Origin: Heterodontus francisci
Taxonomy: Eukaryota
Direction: 5' to 3'
DNA length: 32,567 bases
Assembly: GCF_036365525.1 (NCBI RefSeq)
Contig: NW_027141915.1
Coordinates: 1-32,567 of the forward strand
Part shown: positions 11,637 through 21,164 of the stretch, one piece after another
Layout: every line of letters begins with the position of its first letter
Position numbering within the stretch: the stretch's first letter is position 1
Notes under the pieces: model-generated
The model's input: the letters and a program-made list of their open reading frames with translations, nothing else
Told to the model about the DNA's origin: nothing
Databases searched by the model: none
Made by a program: the position numbers and the translations under genes

Positions 11637-12358
11637 GTAAGTGAAGTCTAATTCTTTATTTTTTTTTATTATGATGATGTAAGCCGAAATATTGTTTTGT
11701 TAATAAGTATTGTTAGTTATTTATAATTAACGTTAAATAATAACTATCAAGAAATACTAAGCAGGCTAGGAACCATTTCTCTAGAAAACACACAGCAGAG
11801 GGATCAGCTATTAGAGGTCTTTAACATTAAGAAGGGGTTTGATAGGGGAGACAAAGCAATTTTTTTCCACTTGTTGGGAAATTTAAACTAAGAGTCGTCA
11901 ATATAAGATAATCAGTAATAAATCCAATGTGGAATTCAGGAGAAACTTCCTTGCCCAGAGAGTGGTGAGAATGTGGAACGTGCTACCACAGGAAATAGTT
12001 GATGTGAACAACATAACTGCATTTAAGGTGAAGCAGGATAAATGCACGGTGGAGAAAGGAACAGATGGATATGCAGAAAGAGTGAGATGATGTAGGATGA
12101 GATGAGGCTCATGTGTGACATGAGTACAGACATAGATGAATTGGGCTGAATGACCTGTTTCTGGGCTACAAATTTGATGCAATTCTGTTTAAAGTCTAAT
12201 TGGTATTGGAAATATTAACAGTTTCTGAGTCATAAATCTAAAGGCTCAGGTAAACATTCCAAAACATAACTGAAAATATGGATGGTTCTTTAAGAAACAA
12301 CAGGTGAAGTAATGTCTGGGAATGGCTGGCTGGTTTCGTGTCAGCCTATCAGGCTGTT

Positions 12359-12415
12359 TGAACCTTGCTGTGAAGCTGATCTTTGGATCAGGGACCAGAC
12401 TCCAGGTTATACCCA
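12359..12415 (+). pseudogene. TRAJ: TRAJ B4 (NLAVKLIFGSGTRLQVIP): open frame, weak RSS, GC donor
   Basis: Nonamer TGGTTTCGT 12331-12339, 12-bp spacer, heptamer GGCTGTT 12352-12358, non-canonical donor GCAAGT at 12416. Confidence 0.8.
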
Positions 12416-12624
12416 GCAAGTGTGATGTTTAAGGATATCTGTTTTCTATGTTAGAACAGAAAACTCAAGGATTGCCTAATAAATGACAATGTTGTTCTAA
12501 AAATGGTTTGTGTCACTATTATGGCATCGGAAGATGTCAAGGGTTCAAATATAGGTGCCGGAATGAGCAAACAATTACTGCAGTTAATATGAAGGGAGCT
12601 TTTGCTAAAGGATGCAATGCTGTG

Positions 12625-12687
12625 TGAATTTTGGAATTGGCAATGAGCTTATCTTTGGAAAAGGAACAAAGTTAATTGTGGAGCCAA
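12625..12687 (+). CDS. TRAJ: TCR alpha J segment D4 (NFGIGNELIFGKGTKLIVEP)
   Basis: Nonamer AGCTTTTGC 12597-12605, 12-bp spacer, heptamer TGCTGTG 12618-12624, donor GTAGGT at 12688. Confidence 0.9.
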
Positions 12688-13357
12688 GTAGGTATTCATT
12701 AATAACTATAGACTATCTGTCGATTGACACACGTGTATGTTCTCTGTACGGCCAACAATGAATCAAATAATTTCTCCATATGTTCAATTAATCCTGAATT
12801 TTCTGACATTTATGCTGCTTCATTTTGGAGTGTGGAACTTGATACGGCATGGATAGTTGCGGTTAGGAACATGTATGGATTTAAGGGGAAGCTGGATAAG
12901 TACAGCAGGGGGAAAGGAATTGAAGAATATCCTGGTAGGATTAAATAAAGAGCCTGGGAAGAAGTTCCTGTGGAGCAAAAATGCTGGAATAGACCAGTTG
13001 GACAGAACAGCCTGTTTCTGTGGTGTATTTTTTTCCTAATGCTAGAACATTATTTTAATGTTAAAATTATTTCATGAACATTAAACAAATATAATTACCA
13101 GGGGGTGGATTTGGTTGATTATGCACTGTTGCTACTACATATTTATGTATGTATGCCTGTCTATGTAATACATGAAGCATTAAGTCATTACTCCTATTTG
13201 TACACAGATGGATTGATAGATGTAGAGTGAGAGATAGATAGGTGGATAAAAACATATATGTAAACAGACAAAATGTGTGGCTATTACTTTCAATTGCAGC
13301 AGTAAAACAGACAAATAACTAATCCAGAAGGTTGTTGTTAGGCAGTGTCGGGCTGTG

Positions 13358-13417
13358 TGAGGGATGGGAGCTACAAGTTTATTTTTGGAGGTGGGACCAG
13401 ACTAATCGTGGTACCCA
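13358..13417 (+). CDS. TRAJ: TCR alpha J segment E4 (RDGSYKFIFGGGTRLIVVP)
   Basis: Nonamer GGTTGTTGT 13330-13338, 12-bp spacer, heptamer GGCTGTG 13351-13357, donor GTAAGT at 13418. Confidence 0.92.
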
Positions 13418-13625
13418 GTAAGTGTAGTCCTATGAAAGAATAATGTCACGAATCTGACTAAAAGAAATTAAAGAATTTTAATGAATAATCTAGTGAAGAT
13501 AACAATTAGATTGCTGAGTTATTTCAAGTCATTGAAATGACAATGAGAATAAATCAGTGATGATAGTAATGGTACATCGGGAACCAGCACTCTCCTGAGT
13601 TCTTGTGAAGGGATCAGTTACTGTG

Positions 13626-13688
13626 TGGCTTCTGGAGGATATGATAAAATGGTATTTGGAGGAGGCACCAAACTCATTGTTAATCCTG
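13626..13688 (+). CDS. TRAJ: TCR alpha J segment F4 (ASGGYDKMVFGGGTKLIVNP)
   Basis: Nonamer AGTTCTTGT 13598-13606, 12-bp spacer, heptamer TACTGTG 13619-13625, donor GTAAGA at 13689. Confidence 0.93.
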
Positions 13689-14008
13689 GTAAGAACTCAA
13701 TTATAATTCCTCAAAATGACCACGTCAATTAGTTTACAAGAAAATTATGAATTCTGGTCAAGATAATGTACAGATTGTCAATGGATACCACGTAGAAATA
13801 GACAAAACTAAACTATAATTTTACATTGTGTAATTGTAGTGTTATTGTGTGAGGATGAACCTAAATTGATTTGAATGACATGGGAAACATGACACTTGTT
13901 AATAGTTGAACTTGTAATATTGATAATCCACAAATGTAGCATGCAGTTCATCTCATCAATAGCTTATACACTTGGCATCAGGTATCTGCAGTAACATGTA
14001 ATGCTGTG

Positions 14009-14065
14009 TGAGTCGTATCAATCAGCTAATATTTGGATCTGGGACCAAACTAATGGTGCAACCTA
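14009..14065 (+). CDS. TRAJ: TCR alpha J segment A5 (SRINQLIFGSGTKLMVQP), divergent A-family member
   Basis: Nonamer GGTATCTGC 13981-13989, 12-bp spacer, heptamer TGCTGTG 14002-14008, donor GTAAGC at 14066. Confidence 0.88.
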
Positions 14066-14630
14066 GTAAGCGAATTCTAATTCCGTGTAGTTTTTAAATT
14101 CCGTGCATGATAGTCAGAATGTTGTTTCATTATTAAGTATCACCAACTAATTACAATTAACAGTAATTAAATCTATCAGGAAAGACCGAACTGTCTGGAC
14201 CATTTTTCTCTGGAACAAAAGAGAAGGCTGATTGATAACTTATGGTTGAAATTACAGAAGGGTTTTTCCATTTGTGAATGAGTCTAAAACTAGGGCCCAA
14301 TTATGTAAGATAGTCACTAATGAATCCAACAAAGAATTCAGGAGAAACCTCTTTACCCGGAGAGTAGTTAGAATGAGGAACGTGGTGCCACATGGTGTAG
14401 TTGAGATGCATTTGAAGGAAATCGAGATATGTATGTGAAGCTGAAAGTAATAGAAGTATATGCAGAGAGGGTTAGATGAAATAGGGTGGATGGAGGCTCG
14501 TGAGGAGAATTAATGCCAGCATAGACTAGTTGGGTTGAAAATGGCCTGTTTCTGTGCTGGAAATGCTATTCAATTCTACGTAAAAAAAACTTTTGAATAT
14601 ATTGCTTGTATACCCATTATATATGTTAAG

Positions 14631-14992
14631 AATATAAGAAACAGGAGCAGAAGTAGGCCATTCAGCCCCTTACACCCTGCTTCACCATTAATTAGTATCA
14701 TGGCTAGTCTGCATCCTTAACTCAACCTTCTTGCACAATCCCCATATTCCCTGGTTCCCTTATTGCCAAAAATCAATTGACTTGAATATACTCAAAGGCG
14801 GAGCATCCACAGCTCTCTGGGATAGAGAATTCCAAAGATTCACAACCCTCTGAGAGAAGAAATTTCTCCTCATCTCAGTCCAATATGGCCAACCTATTAT
14901 TCTGAGACTGTGTTCCTGTGTTCCAGACTCTCCTGCCAAGGGGAAACAGCCTCTTATCATCCACCCTGCCAAGCCCCTTAAGAATTTGATAT
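14631..14992 (-). mobile_element. CR1-clade LINE 3' end
   Basis: Minus-strand ORF 14760-14972 (FPLAGES...HSLRI...RRNFFSQRVVNLWNSL) followed by a CR1 3' UTR. Confidence 0.85.
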
Positions 14993-15138
14993 GTTATAAA
15001 GGCAAAAATCAAGATTCCAAAACTTCATTCAAAATATTGTTGGCTCTTTGGCGTAAGGTCAATAAAAAAGTGCACAACAGATCATATTGAAAAAACCTGA
15101 TAGTACGATGAGTTTTTGTTATTGGGGCTTTCATTGTG

Positions 15139-15195
15139 TAGGTGATAGGATTAAACTGGTATTTGGAAGAGGGACTCCTCTCACTGTAGAACCCA
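15139..15195 (+). CDS. TRAJ: TCR alpha J segment (GDRIKLVFGRGTPLTVEP)
   Basis: Nonamer AGTTTTTGT 15111-15119, 12-bp spacer, heptamer CATTGTG 15132-15138, donor GTAAGT at 15196. Confidence 0.92.
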
Positions 15196-15511
15196 GTAAG
15201 TGCAGAACTATTTTCATTTTCCAATAAACTTTTACCAAACAGAAACTATTCCAAAGGTGAAAGCTGTTTCCAAGAAAAAGACAATTGCAATTTTTTTCTC
15301 CAATTATTATGATAAGATTTTGGTCAAAATGATGCAATTTAAGGTGTGCGATAGTCGATTGAACTAGCATGAAGTTCATGACAACTGAGTTCTACAAATA
15401 ATTTGAAACTCTCATCAAGTGATTCTCAGATTGTCAATTTTCAAAGGTAATTATGTTACAGCTATTAATGAAATCTGATTTAAAAGTATACTCCAGATTT
15501 TGATAAATCTG

Positions 15512-15910
15512 AAAAGACTTGCATTTATATAGCGCTTTCTCGCAGCCTCAGGCCATCCCATGGCAGTTTAGCACCAATGAAGGTCTTTGAAGTGTATTCA
15601 ATGTTACAGTGTAGGAAAGGCAGCAGCCACTTTTTGCACAACAAGCTCCCACAAATACCCATATTGCAACAACCAGCCTATCTTTTTTTTTTAATTATGT
15701 TCATTGAGGGATTAATATTGGCCAGGATACTGGGGATAACTTTGCATAGTGCCTTGGAATCTTTTACATCCACCTAATAGCATTTACTGCCACATCCAAA
15801 CCAATACTCCTGCATGTTACACTAAGGTATCAGCCTAAATGTTGTACACAAGTCTGCGGAATAGAACTTGTACACAGAATCTCAGAGGCAAATGTGCGCC
15901 TCACTGCCCC
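15512..15910 (-). mobile_element. Deu-domain SINE (SacSINE1/AmnSINE-like), degenerate
   Basis: The reverse complement contains aggtggatgtaaaagattccaaggcactat...cctggccaatatt, a Deu-domain-like core recognised from memory, and ends in aaagcgctatataaatgcaagtc. Confidence 0.6.
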
Positions 15911-15939
15911 AAAGCTTTTTGATCAGAATAGACAGTTAT

Positions 15940-16277
15940 TGTTTTGTCCTTGTTTCGAAATCCCTCCATGAATTCACCCTTCCATATCTGAATCCTCTTC
16001 CAGCCCTATTTCCCTCCAAGATCTCTGTTCTCCTCTCATTTCCTACACTCTTCCCTTGGAGGCCCTGCTTTCAGGTTCAGGCCCTAAGCTCTGGAATTTC
16101 CTTCCTAAATCTCACTGCCTTTCGAACTCCCTTTCCTGAGAAGCTACAGCTGTGATGAAGCTTTAGGGGTACCTGTCCTAATATCTCGTAACATGGCTCG
16201 GTTCCAAATTTTTTCATGAAATGTCTTGTGATGGTTTACTACATCAAAGGTGCTAGACAGTAGCAAGTTGTTGTTAT
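15940..16277 (+). mobile_element. L2-like LINE 3' end, degenerate
   Basis: ccctaagctctggaatttccttcc (PKLWNFLP) and a tail aaggtgcta...gcaagttgttgtt resembling the adjacent SINE tail. Confidence 0.5.
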
Positions 16278-16904
16278 AACATTGGTAAATAATTCTGCCT
16301 TGCAGCACACTTGTGTTTTGAAGAAGTGATGAACAGACCCTTGAAAGCAATCCATTGGAAATTGCAAATACCTTATTTTTCCAATCACCTCCATTGACTC
16401 GCCATTGAAATTTTAAATCATAGACATTACCTGTACTGCTGTGAGACTTGAAGTATAAAAAAGATCACTAAACATGAAATAAAGTGGAAAATAAATTAAA
16501 ATGGATGATACATTGGCCAGATTTTAAACATAGCAAGCAGCATTTTTGAAAGTTAATTGAGAATGATGAAAACTTCACTTGGACTCATTAGGGTCAATAT
16601 GGAGGAGAAGTTCATTCAAAGTTGCTTGCTAAGACTAGGAGTCATTCACTAAGTTGTGGATTCCTCAAATGTACAGCACAGAGATATTTAAAATGTACTA
16701 ATGAGATGGAGCGAAAGTCTGAAGTGAATTCAAATTGTCCTTAACTTAAAATTATTGATATTGCTATGAATAACCTGCATTCATTAGGGAAATGGGCCTT
16801 TGTGACTGGCAGTCGTCTCTCATTATAGTTCTGTGAGGTAGAACTAGAATGAAACTTAACCCAGTATCATAGGAACAGATTTTGTCAGGGGTTGTAGCAG
16901 TGTG

Positions 16905-16967
16905 TGACTAATAGAGGAACTGAGGTGCTGACCTTTGGAAGGGGAACCAAACTAACTGTGCAGCCAA
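16905..16967 (+). CDS. TRAJ: TCR alpha J segment (TNRGTEVLTFGRGTKLTVQP)
   Basis: Nonamer AGATTTTGT 16877-16885, 12-bp spacer, heptamer CAGTGTG 16898-16904, donor GTATGT at 16968. Confidence 0.9.
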
Positions 16968-17194
16968 GTATGTAATTTAATAAACTTAAGTTTCACTGGA
17001 AAACCTGATTAACAACTGCACATATGTCAGACCTATTTCAAATATTACCAATTGTTACAATAGCATATAAAGTGGTACTTAATAAAGATAGACACTGGAC
17101 AAAGTAGATCATTGACAAAATAGACCAAGAACAGTCGAGAGTAAGGCTCAAATGATGCTCAAGGCTATACTGTGGAATCGAAGATTTCATGTTT

Positions 17195-17275
17195 AGGTCA
17201 GATGGTTTCACAGGTCGGCGCAACATCGAGGGCCGAAGGGCCTGTACTGCGCTGTAATGTTCTATGTTCTATGTT
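17195..17275 (+). mobile_element. Very short, young-looking CR1/HE1-type 3' tail
   Basis: gggccgaagggcctgtactgcgctgtaatgttctatgttctatgtt with its terminal repeat; CpGs retained. Confidence 0.65.
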
Positions 17276-17379
17276 ACCTTATCTAATACACTAACAGGAA
17301 AGCACTGTTAGAGGTTACAATTAGTTTCAAACATTGGGTTTAATAGCTTCCATATTCCGTTGAAAAAGCAAACAGGATC

Positions 17380-17970
17380 CTTGGTGATACAAGTAGAAGC
17401 AAAGAGTAGAAAAGCAATGAAGTTATACTAAACCTTTATAAATCAGTAGTTAGGCCTCAGCTAGGGTATTGTGCCCAACTCTGGGCATCACAGTTTAGAA
17501 AGTGTGCAGAGCAGATCTACTAGAATGGTACCAAGGATGGGGAACTTCAAAACTTAATGGAGACTGGAGAAGCTGGAATCGTCCTCCTTCCAGCAGAGAA
17601 GAGAAAGAGAAAATTTGGTAGAGGGTTCAAAGTCATGAACAGTTTTGATAGAGTAAATAAGGAGAAACTGTTTCCAGTAGGACAGAGTAACCAGAGGACA
17701 CAGATTTAAGATAATTGTCAAAAAAGGAGAGGGGTAATTTTTTATATATATACACTCAGTGAGCTGGTGTGATCTGGAATCCACTGCTTGAAAGGATAGT
17801 TCAAGCAGATTCAATTGTAACTTTCTAAAGGGAATTGGTTATATTATTGTAAAGGAGAAATTTTCAGGTGGTGAGAGAGCAGAGGAATGGAATTTATTGC
17901 TGGTTCTTTCAAAGGCCCAGTACAAGCATGGTAGGCTAAATAATATCCTTCATTGTTGTAGAATTATATG
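17380..17970 (+). mobile_element. Old CR1-clade LINE fragment
   Basis: Frameshifted remnants of LYKS.VRPQL.YC.QLW, LEKL and RGHRFKI, plus the 3' UTR. Confidence 0.7.
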
Positions 17971-18802
17971 ATATTTATGCGTGTAAGGGAGGACGATCAC
18001 AAAGTGTCTGATAATATAAGTACTTGCAAAGCAATGCCTGAGAGTAACTGTTTAATCAATATTAGATGTCACGGTATAAACTCTCCAATATTAAATTGAT
18101 TCCTGCTAACTAAGATTGGCATTGGGCACACTAAAAATACAAGCTTTGTACATGAACTGTTCACACATTTGTTTCAGTAGCTATTAGGTATAATCCAGTG
18201 GAGATAGACTGCAAAATCCCACCGAGGCAACCAGGAACTCAACAGGGCAAGAAACAAAATGAGGTTAGATTAACTTGTACATACAATAAATTTCTACGAT
18301 TTGGGATAATGCAGTGGGACCGCGCTGGGGAAAATTATAAAATAAATGAGAAAGGTGGGTCAGAGACAATATTGGGTAAGATTTTGACCCATTCAATTCA
18401 AAACCCTTCCACTTAAACCAAGTTAACATTATGCCGGTTAACGTTTCTCAGACTGATCAATACACTTATGGTAGGAAATGTGATACTCTGTGGACGATGA
18501 GAAGAAAGCGCCATCTAAAATTTAGTTAAGGTAGCACATAGCAGTAAAAGCTAACTTAAATAATTTACAATGTGACAAGTGTATTTAGTCTGATCAGAAT
18601 TAGTGCAGTGAGATTAATCAAAGTACATGGATGGAAATAAAATGCATTGCCTTTTTATTGTGACAGAACAGTTAGCACCAATTAATATGAAGTACTCGAT
18701 AGAACTAATGAAAGAAAATTATGTCAATGGGGATGAATTATAGGTCAATGAAAGGGTCACAAAATGAACATGGGGCTTATTGTGGGAGAGTGTATTACTG
18801 TG

Positions 18803-18865
18803 TGAATCAAGGAATGAACAGTAAACTAAACTTTGGAGCAGGGACTAGATTAACTGTACAACCAT
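18803..18865 (+). CDS. TRAJ: TCR alpha J segment (NQGMNSKLNFGAGTRLTVQP)
   Basis: Nonamer GCTTATTGT 18775-18783, 12-bp spacer, heptamer TACTGTG 18796-18802, donor GTAAGT at 18866. Confidence 0.92.
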
Positions 18866-19550
18866 GTAAGTATCTTACAAAACATAATGAAACTTTTAAC
18901 CCAACCTGCCACTGTGTAATCAATTAGAAACATTCAAATGTATTTGAACAAATTTAGTGCATTGTCTAGTTAGAGCCCAAGGCGGATATACTTTACCGTG
19001 TATAAACTGTGCAGTAATAAATGCAAAGCTTATAGGGAGAGGATAAATTTAGGACTGTATTATTTTTCAAAGGGCCAGTGTTGAGATAGATAACACATGG
19101 AAGTAATCTTGGATGATAGAATAGGTTAGATTAGATAAGAAAGATTTTCAAAATTTGGTGACATGCAAATATTTAATGACTGCATTAAAAAAACAGCTGG
19201 ATGCAATTTTACACACTACTCTATAGCAATGTTGCAAGCATCAATAGAATAAGCAACACTTATAAATAATTGCTTACTTCAATATTTACTGCTTGGTTAA
19301 TGAGTTGCATTAAATGGTACAGTCTATGATTACACTGCAACTGAGAGAGAGGAGGAGAAAATACAACAAAAGACAGCCAGCAAGGGAGAGAGTAGAAAAA
19401 TACAGGGATCATAAATACCGGGTGAAGCACAGAAGAAAATGTGAGGTGGACTAAAATTAAACAGAAAGCTATAAAAATTAATTCCAATCAGCACTCTCTT
19501 CCCATACAGTGTAACGTTGTTACTTTCCCTTACATTGGTATTCTTGTGGA

Positions 19551-19586
19551 TTGTCCTGATGAGTGCAAGATGAAAAGCTTCGACAA
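19551..19586 (+). ncRNA. Minimal type I hammerhead ribozyme within a Penelope-like element remnant (~19516-19606)
   Basis: UUGUC-CUGAUGA-GUgcaagAU-GAAA-agcu-UC/GACAA: stem I UUGUC pairs with GACAA, the core is complete, and stem III is the palindrome AAGCUU. Confidence 0.75.
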
Positions 19587-19893
19587 CATGACTCTATTTT
19601 CAGCAATGCACAATTTTCTTTCGATAGTATTTTTTTTAATCTGGCACACTTCCTGTAAAGAGAACGTTCAATAAGAATTCAAGATGTTTCAATAACTCAT
19701 CATCATGGCCTTTGGGTTTATAACTAAGGATTTAGATGGTTGGTTGTGTGACAAAAACTTGGTTAAAGCAGGATAGACTGAAGACAGAATCTTGCATTGA
19801 AGGGGTCATTGTGGGAACTAGTTTGCACAGAAGAGGAGGCAGACATTGTGCATTGGTCAATAGGTACTTTTTGTACGAGAATAAGGCACTGTG

Positions 19894-19956
19894 TGAAATA
19901 TGGAGGCAACAATAAGATAACATTTGGAAGCGGGACCAAGCTAATTGTAGAACCCA
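19894..19956 (+). CDS. TRAJ: TCR alpha J segment (KYGGNNKITFGSGTKLIVEP)
   Basis: Nonamer ACTTTTTGT 19866-19874, 12-bp spacer, consensus heptamer CACTGTG 19887-19893, donor GTAAGT at 19957. Confidence 0.95.
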
Positions 19957-20081
19957 GTAAGTGCTGAAGCTTTTTATCATGTTTTCCATCTTTCAGTAAA
20001 AATAAAACATTTGATTAATTGTAAATGTGATCTTAAAACAAACATGAAAATGCCATGGTTTATAATTTCCATCATCAATGG

Positions 20082-20752
20082 CAGGGGTCTGCAACCTGGG
20101 ACATGTCACTCTTTAACATCTTCTTTGCGGCTCCCAATCTAATCCAGTTGGATTGCATTAACATGAAAAAAATCCTTTAAAAATTGTCAAGAAAGGTAAG
20201 AGCAGTGCTTTATTGTAGGGATAATTATGCTGCACTTTGCGTTTCAAATGATTATTTTAATGGAAAAACATTGTTGTGCTTTAAATAAACCTGTTCGGGC
20301 TACACCTGATGGTTATAGAGAATGCCTTTGGTTCAGGAACAGGTTTTAAGGATGCGACCATAGTATAGCCAAGGCAATAAATTATTCTGCATGTGCTATT
20401 AGAAGCTACCTTTTTATCATGAGAAAAAATTGCCTTCAATCTACACATCTTAAGTTCAAGTTTGTTTTAAAGATGACAATCTTGACAAAATTATAGTAAA
20501 AAAAAATCAAAGAATGCAATAATTCAATTACATCCATTTGTAATTGATTTGTTTCTATTGATACATAAATTTAAAACATACATTTTTCTCATTATATTTG
20601 CCAATTAGGCATCCTACCAGAAAAACTTAGTAATTTATCAAGCATTTAGTTTAGAAATGCTGAAATTTTGTCTTGTGGCTCCCAAAAGTTTTTATTTTGG
20701 GCAATATTTTTAAAAAGCCGCTTCAAGTAAAAAAAAAGGTTGCAGACCCCTG
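20082..20752. mobile_element. Non-autonomous hAT (Charlie-like) DNA transposon / MITE, 671 bp
   Basis: Perfect 16-bp TIRs CAGGGGTCTGCAACCT (20082-20097) and AGGTTGCAGACCCCTG (20737-20752), with subterminal TGYGGCTCCC motifs. The expected 8-bp TSD is degenerate (ATCAATGG vs GTCTATCA). Confidence 0.8.
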
Positions 20753-21107
20753 GTCTATCATTAAATGCAAAATATGTGATAAAATTCTCATTAGGCAGCT
20801 CACTAAAATCATTCGCCTTCTCAGAATTAATTTTTGCATCTTTGATGGATCTTTGCTAATAAAATAGGATATCCCCCAAATTTTAACTGAAAGGTAGATA
20901 GAGATAAGCACAGATAAGTATTGTAAAATGCCAAATAATGTTACCATTTAAAATATTTAGCAGCTGATCATGTATTTTGCCAGTCGTACTTCTGAAAGCA
21001 GAAGCATCAACATTATAATATTTAATAGCATTCACCAATGCATCCTGTAAAATGTAACTCACAATTGGGCATGCCACATAGTTTTTGTGTGGCTATATTA
21101 TGCTGTG

Positions 21108-21164
21108 TGAATAATAACTACAAACAAACATTTGGACCAGGAACCAGAGTGACCATAACACCGA
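21108..21164 (+). CDS. TRAJ: Most C-proximal intact TCR alpha J segment (NNNYKQTFGPGTRVTITP)
   Basis: Nonamer AGTTTTTGT 21080-21088, 12-bp spacer, heptamer TGCTGTG 21101-21107, donor GTAAGT at 21165. Confidence 0.95.

Larger units (their letters stand above)
1..14600 (+). repeat. Tandem segmental duplication of a ~3.8-kb cassette carrying six TRAJ segments (A-F); ~4.2 copies in window
   Basis: Paralogous J-A segments start at 148, 3943, 7865, 11580 and 14009 (periods 3795, 3922, 3715, 2429). Inter-J DNA and embedded CR1 fragments align by eye between copies. The array probably continues upstream of the window; the 3' boundary is approximate. Confidence 0.95.

Noticed and set aside
12366-12372. 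Internal TGCTGTG in J-B4 as a rescue heptamer
   Set aside because: No nonamer at the correct 12- or 23-bp distance.
1-14600. CRISPR-like or prokaryotic repeat array
   Set aside because: The repeats are RSS-J units and kilobase-scale duplications in vertebrate DNA, with no cas genes.
19163-19170. Octamer ATGCAAAT (reverse copy at 1571)
   Set aside because: Isolated 8-mers in AT-rich DNA, and the 1571 copy is not kept in paralogs.
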